Program-made: the position numbers and the translations under genes
The notes under the pieces: model-generated
What the model saw: the letters and a program-made list of their open reading frames with translations, nothing else
Told to the model about the DNA's origin: nothing
Database searches by the model: none
Source of the DNA: Planctomycetota bacterium
GTDB lineage: Bacteria; Planctomycetota; B15-G4; SIAN01
Direction: 5' to 3'
Assembly (NCBI GenBank): GCA_016795285.1
Contig: JAEUIC010000030.1
Location: forward strand, 47,112 to 111,111
Length of the DNA stretch: 64,000 nt
Part shown: positions 1-8,700 of the stretch, in pieces
Numbering within the stretch: position 1 is the stretch's first letter
How the letters are laid out: each line of letters begins with the position of its first letter

Positions 1-1
1 G

Positions 2-3000
2 GATCGCACCCACGTCGAGGAGAGCGGCTCCTCGACCCTCTTCCTGGCGCTCGGCTTCCTCGAGTGGTACGAGTCGCCCTCGAGCCAGCTCCCGCGCCTC
101 GCGCCGCTCCTGCTGCTGCCGGTGGTGCTCGAGCGGCGCGGCGTCGCCCGCCGCTTCACGCTCAAGCTGCGCGACGACGAGCCGCGCCTGAACGACGCGC
201 TCCTCGAGAAGCTGAAGAGCGAGCTCTCGATCGACCCCGAGCCGCTGCGCGCGCTGCCGCAGGACGACCACGGCGTCGACGTCGCGGCGCTGCTCGAGCG
301 CTTCCGGCAGCTGGTCGCCCGCGTGCCGCGCTTCACCGTGGTTGAGGAGGCGCGGCTCGGCTTCTTCTCGTTCGCCAAGTACCTGTTGTGGCGCGATCTC
401 GAGGAGCACGCCGAGGCGCTGCTCGAGAGCGAGCTGGTCCGCCACCTCGTGAAGCGCGCAGACGGCGGCGCCCTGCCCGATCCCGCCTTCGTCGAGGCGC
501 GCCGCCTGGACGAGGTGCTGCCGCCGACGAAGGCGCGCGTCGTGCTGGACGCCGACTCGAGCCAGCTGGTCGCCATCGAGGCGGCGGTGCGCGGCGCCAC
601 CTTCGTGCTGCAGGGGCCGCCCGGCACCGGCAAGTCGCAGACGATCGCCAACGTCATCGCCGGCTGCATCGCGGCCGGCAAGCGGGTGCTCTTCGTCGCC
701 GAGAAGCGCGCGGCGCTGGAAGTGGTGGCGAACCGCCTGAAGCGCGCCGGGCTCGGCAGCGCCTGCCTCGAGCTCCATTCGCAGCGCGCCGCCAAGCACG
801 AAGTGATCGGCGAGCTGGCGCGCACGCTCGAGGAGGCGCCGACCGCGCGGCGCGAGGACGACCCGCTGCTGGTCGAGCGGACCGAGCAGCTGATGCGGGA
901 GCTCGACGGCTATGCAGCGGCGCTCCATCGCCGCGGGCCGCTCGGCTTCAACCTCTACGAGTGCCTCGGCCGCATGGCGCGCGAACGCGGCGCGGCGTCG
1001 CTGCCGCCGTTGCCGTTGCGGGCGCCGCTCGAGGTCGATCGACGCGGCTACGAGCAGCGGCGCGCGGCGGTGGCGGAGCTCGCCGACGCAGCGGCGGCGG
1101 CGACGGCCGGCCACGACGGCGCGCTGGCGAACCACCCCTTCGCGCTCTGCCGTGCCATCGACCACACCCCGCTCGAAGCGCGCGAGCGCGAGCAGCAGCT
1201 GCGCGAACTGGTGACGCGCCTCGCGGACGCGAAGGGGGCGCTCGCCGCCGCCGCCAGCGCGCTCGGCCTCCCGCTGCCGAGCGGCCTCCCCGCGGCGCGC
1301 GCCGCCGTCGCGACGCTGCGACTGCTCGCCGAGCCGCTGCCCGGTCGCGCGGCGGAGTTCGTCCTCCGCAGCGACTTCGCAGAGGCGATCGAGCCGCTGC
1401 GGGACCTCGCGCGCGATCTCGAAGCCGATGCCGCCGCGCGCGCGACGCTCGCGCCGCGCTGGAACGAGACGCTCTTCACGCTCGACCTCGCCGCGCTCGA
1501 GCGGGAGTTCGCGCAGCACGGCGACTCCTTCGCGCCGCTGCGCTGGCTCAAGCTCCGCAGCGCGTGGGCGACGCTGACGCCGGCGCTGCGCGGCAAGGCG
1601 CCCGACGTGGCGCAGACGCGCGCCGACCTCGCGCTGGCGTCGGCCGTCGCCGCGCGCGCGCGCCGCTTCGCCGACGAGGCGTCGTTCCTCGACATGACGA
1701 TCGGCGCCGCCGCGCGCGGAGTCGCGACCGACCGCGCCGCGTTGCTGCGAACCGCGGCGTTCCTCGAGCGGTGGCAGGCGTTGCGCAACGACTGGAGCGG
1801 CGCGGGCGTGACGCAACCGCCGGCCGCGCGGCCGCTCGGTCCTGCGGGCGAGGCGGCGGCGCAAGCGCTCGATGCGGCGCTCGCGGCACTCGATGCAGCG
1901 CTGGCGACGGTGGCGACGGCGCTTTCGGTGGTGCCGGCGTGGCGCGATGGCCTCGCGGCGGCGCGCGACGGCCTCGGCCTGGCGACGACGACCGCGCAGC
2001 GCTGGCTGGAAGCGCTGCCGCTCTTGCGCGCCCATGCTCGCTACGTGCGGGCGGAGGAGGCGGCGCGCGCGCTCGAGCTGGCGCCGCTGGTCGACGCGGT
2101 GCGCCGCGATGCGTTGCCGCCCGCGGCCGCGCCGGCCGCCTTCGAGCGCGCCTTCTTCACGACGGTCGCCGAGCACGCGATCGGCGCGCTGCCGCCGCTG
2201 CGCAACTTCGACGGCACCCGCCACCACGCGCGCGCGCTGCAGTTCCGCGTCGAGGATGCGCGGCTGATCGCGGCGGGCGGGCGGCGGGTCGTCGCCGAGT
2301 GGAGCGGCCGGCGGACGCTGCGCTCCGACGCCGCCTTCGCCGGCTCCGAGGTCGAGACGCTGCAGCGCGAGGCGAAGAAGAAGCGACGGCAGAAGTCGGT
2401 GCGCCGGCTGCTCGGCGAGATCCCGACGCTGCTGCGCCAGCTGAAGCCGTGCCTCCTGATGAGCCCGCAGTCGATCGCGCAGTACCTGCCCGTCTCGAAG
2501 GAGCTCTTCGACCTGGTGCTCTTCGACGAGGCGTCGCAGATCCCGACGCATGACGCGATCGGCGCGTTGGCGCGCGGCCGCCACGTGGTGGTGGTCGGCG
2601 ACGAGAAGCAGCTGCCGCCCACCTCCTTCTTCGAGCGCGCGCTGGCCGACGACGAGGAGGAGAGCGACGACGCGCCCGACGGCGGCCTCGTGCGCGATCT
2701 CGAGAGCATCCTCGAGGAGGCGCAGGCGGCCGGCGTGCCGTCGCTGCCGCTGCGCTGGCACTACCGCAGCCGCGACGAGAGCCTGATCGCGTTCAGCAAT
2801 CGCCACTACTACGGCAGCCGCCTCCACACCTTCCCGGCCGCGGCGGGCGGCGCGCAGGGGCTCGGGGTCGCGCGCATCGATGTCGGCGGCACCTACGACA
2901 AGGCGGGCCAGCGCACCAACGAAGCCGAGGCGCGCGCGGTGGTGGCGTGGATCGTCGCGGCGCTCGCCGACCCGGCGCGGCGCGGCAAGTCGATCGGCGT

Positions 3001-4531
3001 CGTCACCTTCAACCAGCCGCAGCAGCTGTTGATCGAGGACCTGCTCGATGCGGCGCTGCTGGCGCAGCCCGAGCTCGAGCCGTTCGCCTCCGCGCCCGCG
3101 CACGGCGAGCCGCTCTTCATCAAGAACCTGGAGAACGTGCAGGGCGACGAGCGCGACACGATGCTCTTCTCGGTCACCTACGGGAAGGACGCGCAGGGCC
3201 GCCTCTCGATGAACTTCGGGCCGCTCAACAAGCGCGGCGGCGAGCGGCGGCTGAACGTCGCCATCACGCGCGCGCGCGAGCGGCTGGTGGTCTTCACGTC
3301 GCTGCGCCCCGACGAGATCGACCTGGCGAAGACGACGGCGCCGGGCGTGCGCCACCTGCGCGACTACCTCGACTATGCGGCGCGCGGGCCGCAGGCGCTG
3401 GCCGCCGCGGTCACCGTCGATCCTGAGGCGGAGTGCGAGTCGGAGCTCGAGGCCGACATCGCGCGGGCGCTCGAGGCGCGCGGCCACCTCGTCGACCGGC
3501 AGGTCGGCTGCTCCGGCTACCGGATCGACCTGGCGATCCGCGATGCCGACGCGCGCGGCCGCCACTGGCTCGGCATCGAGTGCGACGGCGCCGCGTACCA
3601 CTCGGGCGCGACGGCGCGCGATCGCGATCGGCTGCGCCAGTCGGTGCTCGAAGGGCTCGGCTGGCGGATCCACCGCATCTGGTCGTCCGACTGGCTCGAG
3701 CGGCGCGAGCAGGAACTCGACCGCGTCGAGCAGGCGCTGCGCGACGCGCGCGAAGCGGCCGCGCAGGCGGCGGCGCAGGCGGCGGCGAGCGCGGCGAGCG
3801 CGGCGAGCGCGGCGTCGGTCGCGGAGGCGAAGTCGGCGCCGCCGGTGATGGCGGCGGCGGTGACCGCGCCGGTGATTCCGCCGCCGCCGCTCGATGCGGC
3901 CACGAATGCCGCGCTGCCGGTGCCGAGCGCCGCTGCGAGTGCACCGTCAGCGGTCGCGCCGACGGCCGTCGAGCCGCCGCTCTACCGCTCCTTCGAGGTG
4001 GTGGTGGTCGGCTCGCGCGACGATCTCGACGACCCGGGCGCGGCCTTGCGACTCGAGGAGCTGCTGCTGCGGATCGTCGACGTCGAGGCGCCGCTCCACC
4101 AGAAGCCGCTGCTGCAGCGCGCGGCGCGCTGCCTCGGCATCGGCCGAATGAGCGCCACCATCGAGGAGCAGCTCGAGGCGCTCCTCGTCGCATTGGCGAT
4201 GGCTGGCCGCCTCTTGCGGCGCGGCGAGTTCGTCTGGGCCGCCGGCGTCGATCCGCTCCGCTACGACACGGTGCGCACGGCGGCGCCTGACGACGGCCCG
4301 CGTCCCGCCGAGCAGATCGCGCCCGAGGAGCGCGCCGCGGCGCTGCGCCGCGTGCTGGCGGCCGGCGGCGGGGGTGCAGCAGAAGACGTCGCCGCCGCCG
4401 CGGCGCGCCTCTTCGGCTTCAAAGCGGTGCAGCAGAAGACGCGCGCCCTCTTCCGCGAGACGCTCGAGCAGCTGGCCGCGGCCGGCGAGTGCGAGCGGGT
4501 CGGCGACGTGGTGCGGCCGCGGTCGAAGTGA
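2..4531 (+). CDS. Giant DUF4011 / SF1 (Upf1-like) helicase / DUF3320 / DUF559 (Vsr-like REase) protein, 5'-partial. Resembles the Hhe helicase-nuclease defense family.
   Basis: The frame is open to the window edge. An 'LFLALGFLEWYE' DUF4011-like segment lies upstream of the first Met. Walker A is 'GPPGTGKSQTIAN'. AAA_12-like helicase C-terminal motifs include 'LNVAITRARERLVVF'. The C-terminal 'RIDLAI...ECDGAAYHSGATARDRDRLRQSVLEGLGWRIHRIWSSDW' is a DUF559/Vsr-like endonuclease fold. The 'LLRIVDVEAPLHQKPL' tail is DUF3320-like. Confidence 0.85.
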   Translation, partial: DRTHVEESGSSTLFLALGFLEWYESPSSQLPRLAPLLLLPVVLERRGVARRFTLKLRDDEPRLNDALLEKLKSELSIDPEPLRALPQDDHGVDVAALLERFRQLVARVPRFTVVEEARLGFFSFAKYLLWRDLEEHAEALLESELVRHLVKRADGGALPDPAFVEARRLDEVLPPTKARVVLDADSSQLVAIEAAVRGATFVLQGPPGTGKSQTIANVIAGCIAAGKRVLFVAEKRAALEVVANRLKRAGLGSACLELHSQRAAKHEVIGELARTLEEAPTARREDDPLLVERTEQLMRELDGYAAALHRRGPLGFNLYECLGRMARERGAASLPPLPLRAPLEVDRRGYEQRRAAVAELADAAAAATAGHDGALANHPFALCRAIDHTPLEAREREQQLRELVTRLADAKGALAAAASALGLPLPSGLPAARAAVATLRLLAEPLPGRAAEFVLRSDFAEAIEPLRDLARDLEADAAARATLAPRWNETLFTLDLAALEREFAQHGDSFAPLRWLKLRSAWATLTPALRGKAPDVAQTRADLALASAVAARARRFADEASFLDMTIGAAARGVATDRAALLRTAAFLERWQALRNDWSGAGVTQPPAARPLGPAGEAAAQALDAALAALDAALATVATALSVVPAWRDGLAAARDGLGLATTTAQRWLEALPLLRAHARYVRAEEAARALELAPLVDAVRRDALPPAAAPAAFERAFFTTVAEHAIGALPPLRNFDGTRHHARALQFRVEDARLIAAGGRRVVAEWSGRRTLRSDAAFAGSEVETLQREAKKKRRQKSVRRLLGEIPTLLRQLKPCLLMSPQSIAQYLPVSKELFDLVLFDEASQIPTHDAIGALARGRHVVVVGDEKQLPPTSFFERALADDEEESDDAPDGGLVRDLESILEEAQAAGVPSLPLRWHYRSRDESLIAFSNRHYYGSRLHTFPAAAGGAQGLGVARIDVGGTYDKAGQRTNEAEARAVVAWIVAALADPARRGKSIGVVTFNQPQQLLIEDLLDAALLAQPELEPFASAPAHGEPLFIKNLENVQGDERDTMLFSVTYGKDAQGRLSMNFGPLNKRGGERRLNVAITRARERLVVFTSLRPDEIDLAKTTAPGVRHLRDYLDYAARGPQALAAAVTVDPEAECESELEADIARALEARGHLVDRQVGCSGYRIDLAIRDADARGRHWLGIECDGAAYHSGATARDRDRLRQSVLEGLGWRIHRIWSSDWLERREQELDRVEQALRDAREAAAQAAAQAAASAASAASAASVAEAKSAPPVMAAAVTAPVIPPPPLDAATNAALPVPSAAASAPSAVAPTAVEPPLYRSFEVVVVGSRDDLDDPGAALRLEELLLRIVDVEAPLHQKPLLQRAARCLGIGRMSATIEEQLEALLVALAMAGRLLRRGEFVWAAGVDPLRYDTVRTAAPDDGPRPAEQIAPEERAAALRRVLAAGGGGAAEDVAAAAARLFGFKAVQQKTRALFRETLEQLAAAGECERVGDVVRPRSK

Positions 4532-4552
4532 TTGCGCCGCGCGGCGGTGCCG

Positions 4553-5563
4553 TCAACCGCCGGGCGGGAGGTTGCGTTGCGGGAGGACGGGACGCGCCGG
4601 GCCGGTCGGCGCCTCCTCTTCTTCGAGCGTCGGCTGCGGCGTGCTGCTCGGCGCGAGATCGAAGAGCGAGAGCGTTCCCCAGAAGAGCGCCGCCGCGGCG
4701 GCGAGCGCGAAGAGGAGCGCGACGACGCGGGCAGCGGGGCCGCGCTGGTCGAGCTCGTCGCGCAGGAAGGCGAAGGGACCGCGCGTGCGCGGCGGCTTCG
4801 CGATCGGCGGCGGGACGTGGGCGGTCTGCGCCTTCGGCGAGCTCGCGGGGATCGGCTGCGCGCTCGAGCGGGAGGCGAAGTGGCGCGCCGTCTCGCCGCG
4901 CAGCTCGATCGAGGGGGCGCTGCTGGCGGCGGCGGGCTTGGCGGCCCCCGCGGTGGTGGAGCTGCTCGGCGCGGTCGTCTCTTCGGCGAAGGGGTCCTCG
5001 CCATCGACGGTGAGCGAGCGGCGCTCGCGGACGGGCGGCAGCTGCTCGGGCGGTACGCGGCCGGGAGGCGGCGGCGAAGAGGTGTTCGAGGGCGCCGTCG
5101 CGGCAGGGCGCGGGGCCGGCCTCGGCACCTCGGCGTCGGGCAACTCGAGCTCGAACGAACCGGTGCGTGGTTCGGCCGGGAAGACGGCCGGCGGAGCGGC
5201 GGGTCGCGGTGGCGGCGCGACCGGCGGAGGCGCGCTCGGCGGCGCGGCGCGCTTGCCCGAGGCGTGGTAGCGCAGCACCGTCGTGCCGAGCCGCACTTCG
5301 TCGCCGTCGGTGAGCGTCTGCAGCGTCACCTTCGCGCCGTTCACGAAGGTGCCGTGGCTCGAGTTGAGGTCGGCGATCCAGTGGCGGCCGTCGCGCAGGA
5401 AGACCTTCGCGTGCTGGCGCGAGACGGTCGCGTCGCCGACCACGTGGCTGTTGCCGGCGACGCGCCCGAGCGTCGTGTTGCCCGTCGCGAGCGGGAGCAT
5501 GCGACCGCTCTCCGGACCTTTCGTGATCTCGAGGGCGGCGGCGGCGAGGTCGGGCTCGTTCAT
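4553..5563 (-). CDS. FHA-domain protein with a Pro-rich linker and a C-terminal TM anchor
   Basis: The FHA core is 'TLGRVAGNSHVVGDATVSRQHAKVF...DLNSSHGTFVNGAKV'. The ATG lies at complement(5561..5563). A C-terminal hydrophobic helix reads 'VVALLFALAAAAALFWGTL'. The longer 693-aa ORF call is an upstream read-through artifact. Confidence 0.75.
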   Translation of the reverse strand: MNEPDLAAAALEITKGPESGRMLPLATGNTTLGRVAGNSHVVGDATVSRQHAKVFLRDGRHWIADLNSSHGTFVNGAKVTLQTLTDGDEVRLGTTVLRYHASGKRAAPPSAPPPVAPPPRPAAPPAVFPAEPRTGSFELELPDAEVPRPAPRPAATAPSNTSSPPPPGRVPPEQLPPVRERRSLTVDGEDPFAEETTAPSSSTTAGAAKPAAASSAPSIELRGETARHFASRSSAQPIPASSPKAQTAHVPPPIAKPPRTRGPFAFLRDELDQRGPAARVVALLFALAAAAALFWGTLSLFDLAPSSTPQPTLEEEEAPTGPARPVLPQRNLPPGG

Positions 5564-5704
5564 CGCGGGTTCCGAGGCGCGGCGGAAGGCCGCGCTGCGA
5601 CGCCTGCACGGTGCAGCGCGTAGGTTGACGCCTCTGGCGAGGCGCGGGAGTGTACGCCGCGCGATGGAGGTGGCCAAGGTGCGCGTGGCCGCTCGTGGCC
5701 GCTC

Positions 5705-8700
5705 GTGGCCGCGCGGGGTCGAGTGGAGACGGCGATGGTCCCGATCGATGCGGGGGTCGTTCCGCTGCTGGTGGCCCTGTTCACGGCAATGCAGGGCGCG
5801 CCGCCGCCGATCGCGCCGTCGCGGGGCGCGCCGCCCGCTGGCGCGATCGGAGCGGCGGGCGCGGCGCCGACGAGCGCGATGCTCGACGCGCTCACCTTCG
5901 CGGCGACCTTCGATCGCGGCCTCGATGCCGAGGTCGCGCGCGGCGATGGCCGACTCCACCACGGCCCGTCGTGGGGACCGCCACGCCACGGCGAACCGGG
6001 CCTCGTGCCGAGCGGCGCCGTGACGCGCGAACGGCGCGGCGCGCTGCGCGGCCAAGCGCTGCGCTTCCAGCGCCGCACCGACGAGCTGCTCTTCTTCCAC
6101 GGCGCCGGCAACACGCCGTGGCGCGCGCGCGACTGGAGCGGGACGCTCTCCTTCTGGCTCTGCGCCGAGCCGCAGGGCGAGCTGCCGGACGGCTTCTGCG
6201 ATCCGGTCACCGTCACTTCGAAGGACTGGAACGACGCCGGCCTCTTCTGCGAGTTCGAGAAGCGGGAGATGTTCCGCCACTTCCGCATGGGCGCCTACGC
6301 CGACCTCGCGGTCTGGAACGCGACGAGCAAGCCGTGGGGCGAGCTCTCCTTCGAGGAGAAGTCGCTGGCGCAGGTCGAAGCGGAGGACCACTTCGGCGGC
6401 CGCTGGACGCACGTGGCGATGGCGTTCGAGCGGTTCAACAGCGGTGCCGCCGACGGCGTCGCGCGCCTCTACCTCGACGGCCAACTCGCGGCGACGCTCT
6501 CGCCGCGCCTGCAGACGTGGACGTGGGAGGAGGCGGCGCAACGGATCGTGCTCGGCCTCAACTACGTCGGCTGGCTCGATGAGCTCGCCTGGTTCGATCG
6601 AGCGCTGACCGAAGGAGAGATCGCGGCGCTCCACGCGTTGCCGGGCGGGCTCGCCGATCTCTGGCGGCCGCGCGTGGCGGTGGGGGCGGCGAAGGTCGAC
6701 GTCACGCCGCGCTTCCCGATCCGCTTATGCGGCTACGCCTCGCGGGAGAAGGAGGCGACCTCCGCCGTGCAGCCGCTCTTCGCTCGCGCGCTCGCCGTCG
6801 GCGAAGGGGACGACCTCGCGCTGCTGCTGGCGCTCGACAACACGGCGGTGCCGCAGCGGATGACCGACGAGGTGGCGGTGCGGCTCGCCGAGCGGTTCGG
6901 TCTCCAGCCGGAACGGTTCACGCTCAGCGTCACCCACACGCACGCCGCGCCGGTTCTGGACGGCGGCATCGACTGCATGTTCGGGCGGCCCATTCCGGCC
7001 GACCAGTGGCAGCGGATCGAGCAGTACAGCCGCGAGCTCGTCGATCGGCTGGAGGAGGCGGGCGCGGCCGCGATCGCGGCGCGCGCACCGGCGCTGCTGT
7101 CGTGGAGCGAGGGGCAGGTCGACTTCGCGCGCAATCGGCGGACGGCGGGCGGGCCGGTCGATCGGGCGCTGCCGCTGCTGGCGGTGTTCCGCGAGGATGG
7201 GACGCTCGCCGCGACGGTGCAGAACTACGCCTGCCACTGCACCGCGTGCGACGGCAGCGTGAACCAGCACTGCGGCGACTGGGCCGGCTACGCGTCGGAG
7301 GGGATCGAGGCGGCGCACGGCGGCGCGGTGGCGCTGACCGTCATCGGTTGCGGCGCCGACGCCAATCCGGCCGACGGGCCGAGCGGCGACCTGCGCGTCG
7401 CGCAGCGCCACGGCGCGAGCGTCGCCGCCGAAGTCGCGCGGCTGCTGCGCGGGCCGCTCGTGCCGCTGCTGACCGATCGAGCGCGCGACGGCGGCGCGCC
7501 GCAGATCGCGCTCGAGCGGCTCGAACTGCCCTACGCCCCCTTCCCGACGCGCGAGCAGTGGGCGGCGCGCGTGAAGGCAGGCGGCGCGGTCGGCTTCCAT
7601 GCGGCGCAGTGGCTCGCGCGCCTCGATCGCGGCGAGGCGTTGCCCGCCGCGCTGCCCTACTCGGTGCAGGCGTGGCAGTGGGGCGACGACCTCGTGCAGC
7701 TCTTCCTGCCGGGCGAGGTGGTGGTCGACTACGCGCTGCGCTTGAAGCGCGAGCTCGATCGCGCGCGCCTCTGGGTCACCGCCTACAGCAACGACGTGCC
7801 GTGCTACATCCCGAGCGAACGGATCCTCCGCGAAGGGGGCTACGAGGCGGGCGGCGCGATGACCTACTACGGACGGCCGGGGCCGCTCGCGGCGGGCGTC
7901 GAGCAGCGCATCGTCGACGCGGTCCATCGGCTGGTGCCGCCCGCGTTCGCCGCTCCGCCCGACGATCCGCGCTTCCCGACGGCGAAGAGCGCGGCCGAGT
8001 CGCGCGAGCAGTTCGAGCTGTCGCGTGACGACCTCGCCGTCGAGCTGGTCGCGTGCGAGCCGCAGGTGCAGAGTCCGGTCGCGATCGACTTCGCCGCCGA
8101 TGGCACGGTCTACGTCTGCGAGATGAACGACTACCCGACCGGCCTCGATGGCAACTACCAGCCGGGCGGCCGCGTCACCTGGTTGCGCGATCGCGACGGC
8201 GACGGCCGCTTCGAGCAGAGCGGCGTCTTCGTCGACGGCCTGCCCTTCCCGACCGGCGTGATGAGCTGGCGGCGCGGCGCGCTGATCTGCGCGGCGCCCG
8301 ACATCCTCTACGCCGAGGACCGCGACGGCGACGGTCGCGCCGACGTGAAGCAGGTGCTCTTCACCGGCTTCTCGACCGAGAACTACCAGGCGCGCGTCAA
8401 TTCGCTGACGTGGGGGCTCGACGGCTGGATCTACGGCAGCTGCGGGCTGTTCGGCGGCGTCATTACGGGCTTCGCGCACGACGCACTCGGTCGCGCGAGC
8501 GGTGCGGCTCCGCAGGCACTGCCGCCCGTCGACTGCCGCGGCCGCGACTTCCGCCTCGATCCGGCGCGCGGCGTCATCGAGGCGATCGAGGGGACGAGCC
8601 AGCAGGGCCGCGTGCGCGACGACTTCGGCCGCTGGTTTGGCTGCGATTCGGGCTGGCTCGTCTTCGAGTTCCCGCTCGCCGATCGCGTCTTGCGCCGCAA

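Noticed and set aside
3760-3830. GCGGCG/AGCGCGGCG tandem repeats
   Set aside because: They encode an Ala/Ser-rich linker (AAQAAASAASAAS) in the helicase C-terminal region. This is compositional, not a separate feature.
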